This document shows, one piece after another, positions 1 to 9,250 of a DNA stretch of 64,000 nt. The stretch covers positions 416,001-480,000 of the forward strand of contig CAXXWC010000019.1 in NCBI GenBank assembly GCA_963668645.2, in the 5' to 3' direction. The notes beneath the pieces were generated by a model. It had not been told where the DNA came from and made no database searches. It was given only the letters and a program-made list of their open reading frames with translations. This DNA comes from Desulfobacterales bacterium. GTDB taxonomy: Bacteria > Desulfobacterota > Desulfobacteria > Desulfobacterales > UBA2174. Both the position numbers and the translations under genes were made by a program. Within the stretch, counting starts at the first letter, position 1. The number at the start of each line of letters is the position of its first letter.

Positions 1-2076
1 ATCCTCAAAGATGGAACCGGGGATCGCACGCTGGTGGAAATGCCCCGCCTGGCGCTTCGCGACACCGCCGTCGACGCCCAAAAACGGACGGTCCAGGCCG
101 GCCGCCTTGAAATCGCCGGCACCCGCATCAACGCCCGGCGCCTGGCCGACGGCCGCATCGATCTGGCAGGCCTTTTCCGGCCGCCGGCCGCCGCCGCTGC
201 GCCGGCACCCGCCGAACCTGCAGCCGGCAACGATTCACCCTGGGTTCTGTCCCTCGATACCCTGGCACTGGCGGATCACGGCCTGCGCTTCGAAGACCGG
301 GTGCCCAAACCGGCCGCGACCCTGACGGTGGAGGATCTGGCGATTCAGGTCGAGCAATTCAGCACGGCCGCCGATGCCGCACCGCGGATTCAACTGTCCG
401 GCCGGATCAATCAGAAAGGGACCTTTTCCATCGGCGGGCCCGCCACCCTGACCCCCTTGACGGCCGAACTGGCGGTTAAGCTGGCCGCCCTGGACATCTC
501 ACCCTTCCAGCCCTATTTCCAGGACCAGGTGCAGATGCTGGTCAAGGATGGGCAGATCGGTGCCCAGGGAAAGCTCAGCCTGGCCCTGCCGGCCGGTGGC
601 CCGGCCAAAATCCGTTATCAGGGCAATGCCTCGGTGTCCCGCCTGGCCGCAGTGGACAAACGTGAACAGCGTGAATTTCTCGGATGGCAAAACCTTTTCG
701 TGGAGGGGGCCGACATCACCACCGAGCCGCTCGGAGTCCATCTGGAGCGGGTGGCGTTGAGCGACTATACGGCCCGGGTGATCATCTACCCGGATGGGAC
801 CCTCAATCTGGCCCAGGTCTTTCAGCCGCCGGCCGGGCCCGCCACGCCGGCTCCGGCTCCGGCATCCGGGGCAGGAGCTGGCCAGCCGGTGCCGATCCAG
901 ATCAATGCCATCACCCTCCAGGGCGGCCGGGTCGACTTTTCCGACTTTCTGACCCGGCCCAACTTCGAAACCCGTATGGTCAAGCTGGGCGGGCGGGTCA
1001 CCGGCCTCTCCTCCCAGCCCGCCCAACATGCCGAGGTCCTGATCCAGGGGGCCCTGGAAAATCAGAGCCCTCTCGAGATCGCCGGGCGCATCAACCCCTT
1101 GTCCCAGGAAAAATATACCGATCTCAAGCTGACTTTTCGCAATATCGAACTGAGCCCCTTTTCCCCCTACTCGGGCAAGTACATCGGCTACACCCTGGAC
1201 AAGGGCAAACTGACCCTGGAGCTGGATTACGAGATCGCCGAACGCCGGCTCAAGGCTCAGAATCGGATCTTTTTCGACGCGTTGACCCTCGGCGAACGGG
1301 TCCAGAGCCCGGATGCCACCAGCCTGCCGGTCAAGCTGGCCCTGGCCCTGCTCACCGACCGCCAGGGACGCATCGAGCTCGATGTGCCGGTCCAGGGGAA
1401 TCTGGACGATCCGCATTTTTCCATCTTCCATATCGTCATCAAGGCCCTGGCGAATCTTTTCACCAAGATCGTCACCGCGCCCTTTGACGCCCTGGCCTCG
1501 GCGTTCAAGGGCCAGATCGTCACCCATGTCGGTTTTGCGGCGGCCAGCGCCGACCTGGACGACGAAGCCCGCTCGCAGGTGACCAAGCTGGCCGACGTGC
1601 TCTTCCAGCGCCCGGCCCTGCGCATCGAAATCCAGGCAACGGCCGATGCGGCCAGCGACGGGGCGGCCATACGCAAGGAGCGTTTCAGCCAGCTGCTGCG
1701 CACCGCCAAACACAACGCGCTCCAAGCCGCCGGTCAAAGCGCTCTGCCGCCGGAAGAAATCCGGGTCGAAGCCGCGGAAAAGGACATTTACGTCGCCCTG
1801 GCCTATGCGACGGCCGACTTTCCCAAGCCCCGGGACGGTGCGGGCAAGGAAAAAATCCTGCCGCCCGCGGAAATGGAAAAACTGCTCTACACCCAGATCC
1901 AGGTGGACGAAAACGACCTGCGACGGTTGGCCAACGCGCGCGCGGCTGCCGTTCGCGATCAGTTGCTGGCCGACGAACGGCTCAAAGCCGAACATATCTT
2001 CACCGTCCAACCCCAAGTGTTGGAAAAAGCCGAGGATGAGGCATCGGCCCGCCAGGTCCGCTTCAACTTGAAATGA
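1..2076 (+). CDS. DUF748 domain envelope protein with C-terminal OmpA-like region (5' truncated by window edge)
   Basis: Frame is open from base 1 to TGA at 2074-2076. Beta-rich repeats and motifs 'LSPFSPYSGKYIGY', 'LPVKLALALLTDRQGRIELDVPVQGNLDDPHFS' and 'LANARAAAVRDQL' are typical of DUF748 proteins. Confidence 0.85.
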   Translation: MLKDGTGDRTLVEMPRLALRDTAVDAQKRTVQAGRLEIAGTRINARRLADGRIDLAGLFRPPAAAAAPAPAEPAAGNDSPWVLSLDTLALADHGLRFEDRVPKPAATLTVEDLAIQVEQFSTAADAAPRIQLSGRINQKGTFSIGGPATLTPLTAELAVKLAALDISPFQPYFQDQVQMLVKDGQIGAQGKLSLALPAGGPAKIRYQGNASVSRLAAVDKREQREFLGWQNLFVEGADITTEPLGVHLERVALSDYTARVIIYPDGTLNLAQVFQPPAGPATPAPAPASGAGAGQPVPIQINAITLQGGRVDFSDFLTRPNFETRMVKLGGRVTGLSSQPAQHAEVLIQGALENQSPLEIAGRINPLSQEKYTDLKLTFRNIELSPFSPYSGKYIGYTLDKGKLTLELDYEIAERRLKAQNRIFFDALTLGERVQSPDATSLPVKLALALLTDRQGRIELDVPVQGNLDDPHFSIFHIVIKALANLFTKIVTAPFDALASAFKGQIVTHVGFAAASADLDDEARSQVTKLADVLFQRPALRIEIQATADAASDGAAIRKERFSQLLRTAKHNALQAAGQSALPPEEIRVEAAEKDIYVALAYATADFPKPRDGAGKEKILPPAEMEKLLYTQIQVDENDLRRLANARAAAVRDQLLADERLKAEHIFTVQPQVLEKAEDEASARQVRFNLK

Positions 2077-2081
2077 TCAAT

Positions 2082-2112
2082 CCTTGACACCGAATCAAGG
2101 CTGATATTATCA
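2082..2112 (+). promoter_or_regulatory. Putative sigma70 promoter of the fmdB-fur-feo operon with overlapping inverted repeats
   Basis: TTGACA at 2084-2089 and extended -10 TGnTATTAT at 2102-2110 (15 bp spacer, short). CCTTGA-N7-TCAAGG (2082-2100) and TGATA-T-TATCA (2102-2112) overlap these elements. Confidence 0.45.
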
Positions 2113-2180
2113 ATGTTATTTTGCTCCCGCCCCGGGTTTGCCGTGCGGGGGAGCCATGACCGAACCAAGGAGCCGCCCGC

Positions 2181-2417
2181 ATGCCCATCTATGAATTTCG
2201 CTGCCTCGACTGCAGCCAGTTCTTCGAAGTACTGGTGCTTGGCACCGAAGATCAATCCATCAGCTGCCCCCACTGCAGCCAGACCCATTTCGAGAGGGTG
2301 CTGAGCACGACCTCCCACCAGGTCCGTTCGTCCGGGGCCGGTGCCGCCCCAACGGTCCAAAACCGGACCTGCTCGAGCGGCACCTGCTCGACCATCACCC
2401 TGCCCGGCCCGGATTGA
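2181..2417 (+). CDS. FmdB-family zinc ribbon protein
   Basis: MPIYEFRCLDC...FE...CPHC signature, AAGGAG RBS upstream, C-terminal CxxxxC. Confidence 0.88.
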   Translation: MPIYEFRCLDCSQFFEVLVLGTEDQSISCPHCSQTHFERVLSTTSHQVRSSGAGAAPTVQNRTCSSGTCSTITLPGPD

Positions 2418-2463
2418 CAGGCAGGATGACGGAACTTAGGTTGATGGCCTTGGACGGGTGGCG

Positions 2464-3186
2464 ATGAAGACACTTCACGTACAAGAAATCGAACAGCTCA
2501 AAAAGCTGTTCAGCCAGGAGGGGGTCGAGCGCTTCGAGGATCGGATCGAGGTGATCGATGCCTTTTTGCAGACCGAAAATCATGTCACGGCCAGTGAACT
2601 GCACCGGCAGCTGATCGAGCGGGGCGTGCAAGCGGAGCCCGATTTCGTCCGTGAAACGCTCAAGCTCATGTCCCGTTTCGGTTTTGCCCAGGGCAACCGG
2701 TTCGGCAACGGTGAGGTCCGCTACGAGCACCTGCACCTGGGGCATCACCACGACCATATGGTATGCACCAAGTGCCGGCGCATCTTCGAATTCAAGAGCG
2801 AACCGCTCGAAGCGCTGCAGCTTCAAATCGCCAAGAAGCACGGGTTTCACCTGCTCCAGCATCGCATGGAACTCTACGGCATCTGCCGCGATTGCCTCGA
2901 TGTACCGGTGGACCGGATGCCCCTGGTGGCCGCACGCCCCGGGGAACGGCTGATCATTCAGGAATTTTGCGGCGGTGCACGGGCCCGAATGCGCCTGTTG
3001 ACGATGGGCCTGCGCCCCGGGGATCGCATCGAAGTGATCACCAGCTGCCAGGAAGGCCAGATCGCCATCGCTGCAGATAACCGGCGTTTCGTTCTGGGAC
3101 GCGGGCTGGCCCAGAAAATCCTCGTGCAGCCGGACCACCTGCAGCCCGGCCGCGTGCTGAGTCACCGTGACGATGAAGAAGCTTGA
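2464..3186 (+). CDS. Fur-family repressor fused to a C-terminal FeoA (SH3-like) domain
   Basis: Fur motifs HVTASEL, HHHDHMVCTKC and YGICRDC are followed by FeoA-like 'RMRLLTMGLRPGDRIEV...LGRGLAQKILV'. Confidence 0.88.
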   Translation: MKTLHVQEIEQLKKLFSQEGVERFEDRIEVIDAFLQTENHVTASELHRQLIERGVQAEPDFVRETLKLMSRFGFAQGNRFGNGEVRYEHLHLGHHHDHMVCTKCRRIFEFKSEPLEALQLQIAKKHGFHLLQHRMELYGICRDCLDVPVDRMPLVAARPGERLIIQEFCGGARARMRLLTMGLRPGDRIEVITSCQEGQIAIAADNRRFVLGRGLAQKILVQPDHLQPGRVLSHRDDEEA

Positions 3187-3259
3187 AGGATCTGGCCGCG
3201 GCCGCGGGTAAAATAGACGCGGACGGCACCGGCCGGACGGAAATCGGGGTCGAAGCACA

Positions 3260-3493
3260 ATGCCGGTGAATCTCAGTGAGCTTAAGGAAGGCCAGCAGGC
3301 CGTCATCGTCCGGGTCGGAGGCGCTGGTGCGCTGCGGCGCCGCATGCTGGAAATGGGGCTGCACAGGGGGGCGGAAATCCGGGTGGAAAAGTACGCACCG
3401 TTGCGCGATCCATTGGAGTTGGTGACCAACGGGTGCCACGTTTCGTTGCGCGTGGAAGAAGCCACTCAGATCGTGGTGGACCATGTCGTCTAG
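3260..3493 (+). CDS. feoA: Ferrous iron transport protein A
   Basis: 77 aa with 'RRRMLEMGL...APLRDPLE...SLR..EA' FeoA signature, immediately upstream of feoB. Confidence 0.93.
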   Translation: MPVNLSELKEGQQAVIVRVGGAGALRRRMLEMGLHRGAEIRVEKYAPLRDPLELVTNGCHVSLRVEEATQIVVDHVV

Positions 3494-5684
3494 CCCGGGT
3501 TCCAAGACGCCGCCCAAGCGGCTGACCATCGCCTTGGCGGGCAACCCCAATTCGGGCAAGACCACCATATTCAACGCCATTACCGGTACGCGCCAAAAGG
3601 TCGGCAACTGGCCCGGGGTCACGGTGGAAAAAAAAGAGGGGCAGATCGAACGCTTCGGCTATGATCTGCGCATCGTGGACCTTCCGGGCACCTACAGCCT
3701 GACCCCCTTTTCCATCGAAGAAATCGTGGCCCGCGATTTTGTCCTTGACGGGCATCCGGACGTGGTCATCGATATCATCGATGCCTCCAACCTGGAGCGC
3801 AGTCTCTACCTGGCCACCCAACTGCGCGAAATCGACTGCAAGATCCTCTTCGCCCTGAACATGGCCGACCTGGCAAGCAGCCGGGGGCTGAAAATCGACG
3901 ACGCCAAACTGAGCGAATTGCTCGATCTGCCGGTGGTCTTCACCGTGGGCAACCGCCGGGAAGGGATCGAGGAACTGCTGGCGCAAGCCATCGCCCTGGC
4001 CGAAAGCGAAGCCTTGCCGCCCCAGAAGCGCCGGGTGCGCTACACCCAGGACATCGAAACCGCCGTGGCCAGCCTGAAAGGGTTGATGGAAAGCCAGGAC
4101 GGTCTGACACCGGGCTACAATATGCGCTGGGCGGCCATCAAGCTGCTCGAAGACGACCATATCATCAAGCAGCGCCTGCTCGAAAAGGCCGGCGATGCGG
4201 CCACCCCGGTCCTCAACGAAGCCGAACGGCTGCGGCGCCAGTTGGCCGACCGTTACGACGACGAGCCGGAAATCGTCATGACCGATGAACGCTACGGGTT
4301 CATCGCGGGAATCATGCGCGAGGTGCAAACCGCCGCCCCCTTTCAGCGGGTGGACATGTCGCGCAACATCGACCTGGTGCTGACCAACCGCTTCATCGGG
4401 TTTCCGATCTTCATCTTCTTTATCTGGGCCATGTTTCAGATGACCTTCTCGCTGGGGGCCTATCCCATGGCCTGGATCGAGGCGGGCGTGGAAGGAATCG
4501 GCCGGCTGCTCGCTTTCTGGCTGCCGCCCTCCTTGCTGCGCGACCTGGTGATCGACGGAATCGTCTCCGGGGTGGGCAGCGTGGTGGTATTTTTGCCCAA
4601 TATCCTGATTCTGTTTTTTTGCATCTCCCTGTTCGAGGATACCGGGTACATGGCCAGGGCCGCTTTTTTGATGGACCGCATCATGCATCTGATCGGCCTG
4701 CACGGCAAATCCTTCATCCCCATGCTGATGGGGTTCGGATGCAACGTGCCGGCCGTGATGGCCGCGCGCACCCTGGAAAGTGAAAAGGATCGCATCCTGA
4801 CCATCCTGGTAACACCCTTTATGAGCTGCTCGGCCAGGCTGCCGGTCTACCTCGTGCTGGCCGGCACCTTCTTCGCGGCCCGGGCCGGGACGGTGATCTT
4901 TGGCATCTATCTGCTCGGGATCATCACCGCCATGGTGTCAGGCCGCCTTTTCCGCAAGAGCCTGCTCCGCGGGCAGGATGCGCCGTTTGTCATGGAGCTG
5001 CCCCCCTACCGGGTGCCCATGGCCAAAAGCCTCACGATTCACATGTGGGACCGCAGCAAGCTGTTCCTCAGGAAAATGGGCGGGGTCATTCTGGTGGGAT
5101 CGGTGATCGTCTGGGCACTGAGCGCCTTTCCCCGCCAAGTGACCTACCGCACCGACTACGGTGCCTTGCACCAGGCCGTGGTGGACCGGTACGAGGCCCG
5201 AATCGCCGAAGCGCCCCAGGCCCAGCAAGCGCTCCTGACCGCCGAGCGCGATGGACGACTAAACGCGTTGCGCCGGGCACGGCGGGCCGAGCACACCGAA
5301 CTGAGCTACCTGGGGCGGATCGGCAAATTCATCGAACCGGTTTTCAGGCCTATGGGCATCGACTGGCGCGGCGGCGTGGCCCTGCTCAGCGGGGTAGTGG
5401 CCAAGGAGATCGTCGTGAGCACCATGGGCGTACTCTATGCGGCTGAAAGCGCGGATGAAAACGCCCTGGGGCGGGCCCTGACCGCCGCGGGGATGACCCC
5501 CCTGTCGGCAGCGGCAATGATGGTTTTCGTGCTGCTCTATGTCCCGTGCCTGGCCACCGTGGCGGCCGTGCGAAGAGAGGCAGGCAACGGCTGGATGGCC
5601 TTCTCGGTGCTCTACAGCACCGGATTGGCCTGGCTGATGGGGGTAGTGATATATCAAGGCGGCCGATTGATAGGACTAGGCTGA
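3483..5684 (+). CDS. feoB: Ferrous iron transport protein B
   Basis: G1 GNPNSGKT, GNWPGVTVE, G3 DLPG, G4 NMAD. Membrane gate motifs MGFGCNVP, PFMSCSARLP, FVMELPPY, LYVPC. Confidence 0.97.
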   Translation: MSSSPGSKTPPKRLTIALAGNPNSGKTTIFNAITGTRQKVGNWPGVTVEKKEGQIERFGYDLRIVDLPGTYSLTPFSIEEIVARDFVLDGHPDVVIDIIDASNLERSLYLATQLREIDCKILFALNMADLASSRGLKIDDAKLSELLDLPVVFTVGNRREGIEELLAQAIALAESEALPPQKRRVRYTQDIETAVASLKGLMESQDGLTPGYNMRWAAIKLLEDDHIIKQRLLEKAGDAATPVLNEAERLRRQLADRYDDEPEIVMTDERYGFIAGIMREVQTAAPFQRVDMSRNIDLVLTNRFIGFPIFIFFIWAMFQMTFSLGAYPMAWIEAGVEGIGRLLAFWLPPSLLRDLVIDGIVSGVGSVVVFLPNILILFFCISLFEDTGYMARAAFLMDRIMHLIGLHGKSFIPMLMGFGCNVPAVMAARTLESEKDRILTILVTPFMSCSARLPVYLVLAGTFFAARAGTVIFGIYLLGIITAMVSGRLFRKSLLRGQDAPFVMELPPYRVPMAKSLTIHMWDRSKLFLRKMGGVILVGSVIVWALSAFPRQVTYRTDYGALHQAVVDRYEARIAEAPQAQQALLTAERDGRLNALRRARRAEHTELSYLGRIGKFIEPVFRPMGIDWRGGVALLSGVVAKEIVVSTMGVLYAAESADENALGRALTAAGMTPLSAAAMMVFVLLYVPCLATVAAVRREAGNGWMAFSVLYSTGLAWLMGVVIYQGGRLIGLG

Positions 5685-5732
5685 TCCTGGCCGTTTGGCG
5701 CAAAGCCGCCCAAATTGAGAAAGGAAAAAACC

Positions 5733-6359
5733 ATGGGAATCGATCCGACGGCGCAAATCCGCTGGCTCGGGCATGACGGCTTCGTTGTCAGCGGAACCGA
5801 CCAGACCCTGGTCTTCGATCCTTACCAGATCACCGATCCGGCCAGTGCCGATCTGGTTCTGGTCACCCACCCCCACTATGACCACTGCTCGCCGGCGGAC
5901 ATCGACAAGGTACGCCACACCAAGAGTGTCATTGTCACCGAAGCCGAATCGGCCGCCAAGCTGAGCGGGGATCTGCGGGTGATGATGCCCGGAGACCGGA
6001 TCCAGATCGGATCGGCGACCATCGAAGCGGTGCCGGCATACAACCTGGGAAAGAAGTTTCACCCGCGGGCCAAGAATTGGCTCGGGTTCATCGTCACCCT
6101 GGATGGAACGCGGATCTACCATGCCGGCGACACCGATCTGATCCCGGAAATGGAAGATTTTGCCTGCGATATCGCCCTGCTGCCGGTCTCCGGCACCTAC
6201 GTGATGACGGCCGACGAAGCCGTTACCGCCGCCCGGCGCATCAAGCCGCAGGTGGCGATTCCGATGCATTACGGCACGCTGGTCGGATCGGCAGAGGATT
6301 GCGAAAAGTTCAAAGACGGCCTGGCCGGATTCTGCCGAGTGGTGGTCCCGCAACGATGA
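5733..6359 (+). CDS. MBL-fold metallo-hydrolase (UPF0173-like)
   Basis: WLGH, THPHYDH, YHAGDT and IPMHY motifs. AAGGA RBS before ATG 5733. Confidence 0.88.
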   Translation: MGIDPTAQIRWLGHDGFVVSGTDQTLVFDPYQITDPASADLVLVTHPHYDHCSPADIDKVRHTKSVIVTEAESAAKLSGDLRVMMPGDRIQIGSATIEAVPAYNLGKKFHPRAKNWLGFIVTLDGTRIYHAGDTDLIPEMEDFACDIALLPVSGTYVMTADEAVTAARRIKPQVAIPMHYGTLVGSAEDCEKFKDGLAGFCRVVVPQR

Positions 6360-6790
6360 AAGGACGCTGCCTGGTCATGCTCCTGGTCTTCTGGGCCGTG
6401 GGCGGCTCGACTGCCTGGGCTGAACGGTTGGCGGTCAACGTACCCATCGCCAACATCCGAAGCGGCCCGGGTACGCGGCACGCCGTCATCTGGAAGGTCG
6501 AGCGCTTTTATCCGCTGGATATCATCGAACGCAAGGGGGGGTGGTGCCGCTTCCGCGATTTTGAGAAAGATCAGGGCTGGATCCACCAAACCCTGCTGGC
6601 CAGGATCGACGCCGTGATTACCGTCAAGGAACCGTGCAATGTGCGCAGCGGCCCGGGAACAGACTTTGCCGTCGCCTTCATGGTCGGGGCCGGAGTCCCC
6701 TTCAAGGTTCTCGAACGGCGGGGCGGCTGGCTGCACGTGGAACACGCCGACGGAGACAAGGGCTGGATCGCTCAGGCATTGGTATGGTAA
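6356..6790 (+). CDS. Exported protein with two bacterial SH3 domains
   Basis: Signal peptide ending AWA, two 'N(I/V)RSGPGT...GW...GWI' repeats, ATGA overlap with the upstream gene. Confidence 0.85.
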   Translation: MKGRCLVMLLVFWAVGGSTAWAERLAVNVPIANIRSGPGTRHAVIWKVERFYPLDIIERKGGWCRFRDFEKDQGWIHQTLLARIDAVITVKEPCNVRSGPGTDFAVAFMVGAGVPFKVLERRGGWLHVEHADGDKGWIAQALVW

Positions 6791-6874
6791 TGAGCAGCCG
6801 GGCCTTTATTGGGGCCTGAACAGACTTAACGCGCTGGCACTACTTTTGGCCAAACCCTTTAGACAGGAGACCCG

Positions 6875-7570
6875 ATGCGCAACACGTCCAAAAAGCCGAC
6901 CCGCAAAGAACTGCTCAAGGAACCGGATCAATTCATCACCTTGAGCGGACGTCTAATCGCCTTTGGCCACCGTTATGGGCGTCAGCTGACTTACGCCGTG
7001 GTAGCAGTACTGGTTCTGCTGGCAGGATACACCGCGACGCGCTACTTCATCGCGCGGGCCGAAAACCGTGCGTTTACCCTCCTGGATCAATACAGCGCCC
7101 AGTACCGGCAGGCTCTGGCCGCCAAGGGGCCGCAGGCCGCTTTGGAAACGGTGGACAAAGGCTTTGCAGCGCTCATCGACGATTACGGCCGCCGCAGGGC
7201 CGGAGGCATGGCCAAGATCCGCTACGCAGAAATCTGTTATGCCGCCGGCCGCTACGAACAGGCCGCCGGCCTTTATGCGCAAGCCCTGAAAGATTTCGGC
7301 CAGGAGCCTTTTTACCGGGCACTGATTCTCAACGGCATCGGCCATGCCCACTGGCAAAACCAAAAGCTGGATCAGGCGGTTGTCTATTTCAACCGCATCG
7401 CCGAGGTCACCGATGCCCCGCTGCGGGCCCAGGCCCTGTTTGCATTGGCCGATCTTTATGCCGCCATGGGCCAGCCAGAAAAATCGAACGAGGCCTACCA
7501 GCGGCTTTCAAAAGACTTCCCGGATTCAGACTTGGTTCGGGTGGCGCGCGAATTTGAAAGTGGGGTTTAG
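6875..7570 (+). CDS. Membrane-anchored TPR protein (YfgM-like)
   Basis: N-terminal 'RKELLKEPDQF', one TM helix, then TPR helices. Confidence 0.8.
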   Translation: MRNTSKKPTRKELLKEPDQFITLSGRLIAFGHRYGRQLTYAVVAVLVLLAGYTATRYFIARAENRAFTLLDQYSAQYRQALAAKGPQAALETVDKGFAALIDDYGRRRAGGMAKIRYAEICYAAGRYEQAAGLYAQALKDFGQEPFYRALILNGIGHAHWQNQKLDQAVVYFNRIAEVTDAPLRAQALFALADLYAAMGQPEKSNEAYQRLSKDFPDSDLVRVAREFESGV

Positions 7571-7603
7571 CCGTGCACGGCTGAACTTGTTGTCCCCTGG
7601 CGG

Positions 7604-9034
7604 CTAAACGATGGCGGGGCCGGTACGATCGGCCCCTTCCTCTTCGGGGGTCTCGAGCACCGCGGCGACATCGATGTCGTACTTGCGCAGTTTTTGGTTC
7701 AACCCGCTCTTGCCGATTCCCAGAATCTCCGCAGCATGGGCCTGAACACCGCCGGCCATGCGCAGGGCGCGAACGATCATGCGTTGTTCGACCATGGCCA
7801 GGGTGTCGTAGAGCTTGGCCTCGGCCGGAATCCCCTCCATGCGCAAGGAATTGGAAACGGTATCGCGAAATTCACCCGGCAGGTCTTCGACGCGGATCGC
7901 GCTTTGCGGGCAGAGGATCATGGCCCGTTCGATGACATTTTCCAGCTCCCGAACGTTTCCCGGCCAGTGATAGGCATCGAATAAGCGGCCCACCGCGGCA
8001 TTGACCCCGATGATCGGCTCTCCGGTTTGGCGTTCGGCGGCGTGCTTCTTGATGAAATGGGCCACCAGCAGCCGGATGTCCTCCTTGCGTTGGCGCAGCG
8101 GCGGCAGATTGATGTGCACCACGTTGAGCCGGTAGAAAAGGTCTTCGCGAAACCGCCCCCTGGCCATCTCGGCGCGCAAATGGCGGTTGGTGGCGGCGAT
8201 GATTCGAATGTCCACCGATATCGGCCTGACGCTCCCGACCCGTTCGAAACTTTTTTCCTGCAGCACCCGCAACAGCTTGGCCTGCAAGTTGGTGGACAAT
8301 TCCCCGATTTCGTCCATGAACAGGGTCCCGCCGTCGGCAATTTCAAAACGCCCCTTTTTCATGGCATGGGCACCGGTAAAGGCGCCTTTTTCATGGCCGA
8401 ACAGCTCGCTTTCCAGCAGGCTTTCGGCCAGGGCGCTGCAGTTGACCGCCACAAAGGGCCGATCGGTGCGGCTGCTGTTGAAATGAATCGATTTGGCGAT
8501 CAACTCTTTGCCGGTTCCGCTTTCCCCTTCGATGAGGACCGTGGCGTTGGCCGGCGCCACCTTGCGCACCGTATCGAAAACGTTCTGCATCGGCTTGCTT
8601 TTGCCGATGATGTTGCCGAAACGATACTGATCGACCACCTGACCGCGCAGCCGGCGGTTTTCCTTCACCACGCGGTAGACCCCGATGGCCTTGTTGACGT
8701 AAACGACGAGCTGTTGGTTGTCAAAGGGCTTGAGGATATAGCTGTAGGCCCCTTTCTGCATCGCCTCGACCGCCTTGTCCACCGTCCCGTGGGCCGTCAT
8801 CATGATGACCGGCAGATCGGCATCACGCTTTTTGATCCGTTCGAGCAATTCGATCCCGTCCATCTGGGGCATCTTCATATCGGTGAGCACCAGATCGACA
8901 TCCGCTTGCTCCAGAATAGTCAGGGCCCCCCGGCCACTGTGCGCCACCAGGGTCTCGAAGCCCTCTTCTTCCAGAACAGCGCTCAAAATCAACGGGTAGT
9001 TTTTTTCGTCGTCCACGATCAGGACGGTTTCCAT
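7604..9034 (-). CDS. Sigma54-dependent response regulator (REC-AAA-HTH; AtoC/PilR/NtrC family)
   Basis: REC (LIVDD, TDMKMP), Walker A GESGTGKE, intact GAFTGA, RFREDLFYRLNV, C-terminal Fis-type HTH (AAEILGIGKSGL). Start taken at METVLIV. Confidence 0.93.
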   Translation of the reverse strand: METVLIVDDEKNYPLILSAVLEEEGFETLVAHSGRGALTILEQADVDLVLTDMKMPQMDGIELLERIKKRDADLPVIMMTAHGTVDKAVEAMQKGAYSYILKPFDNQQLVVYVNKAIGVYRVVKENRRLRGQVVDQYRFGNIIGKSKPMQNVFDTVRKVAPANATVLIEGESGTGKELIAKSIHFNSSRTDRPFVAVNCSALAESLLESELFGHEKGAFTGAHAMKKGRFEIADGGTLFMDEIGELSTNLQAKLLRVLQEKSFERVGSVRPISVDIRIIAATNRHLRAEMARGRFREDLFYRLNVVHINLPPLRQRKEDIRLLVAHFIKKHAAERQTGEPIIGVNAAVGRLFDAYHWPGNVRELENVIERAMILCPQSAIRVEDLPGEFRDTVSNSLRMEGIPAEAKLYDTLAMVEQRMIVRALRMAGGVQAHAAEILGIGKSGLNQKLRKYDIDVAAVLETPEEEGADRTGPAIV

Positions 9035-9250
9035 GGTTCCTCGCCATTGGGTGTCGGGCCGGCAGATCCATCCCGGCAGCACTCAAAACCCGAGCGGCGC
9101 CTGTGGATCCAGGACTGAGCGGTTCGGGCCGCCTGCCGGCCCCGAAAGCTGCTTGAACCGCTTGGCTCTCTTTATCGAAAAAAAGGGCCGATGCACTTGT
9201 CGATCAATCGCCGCCCGGCTCGGAGGCTTTGCGCTGCACCGTGGCACGGA

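Noticed and set aside
6835..6850. TGGCAC...TTGG as a sigma54 promoter before the TPR gene
   Set aside because: The -12 position reads GG rather than GC at the required spacing.
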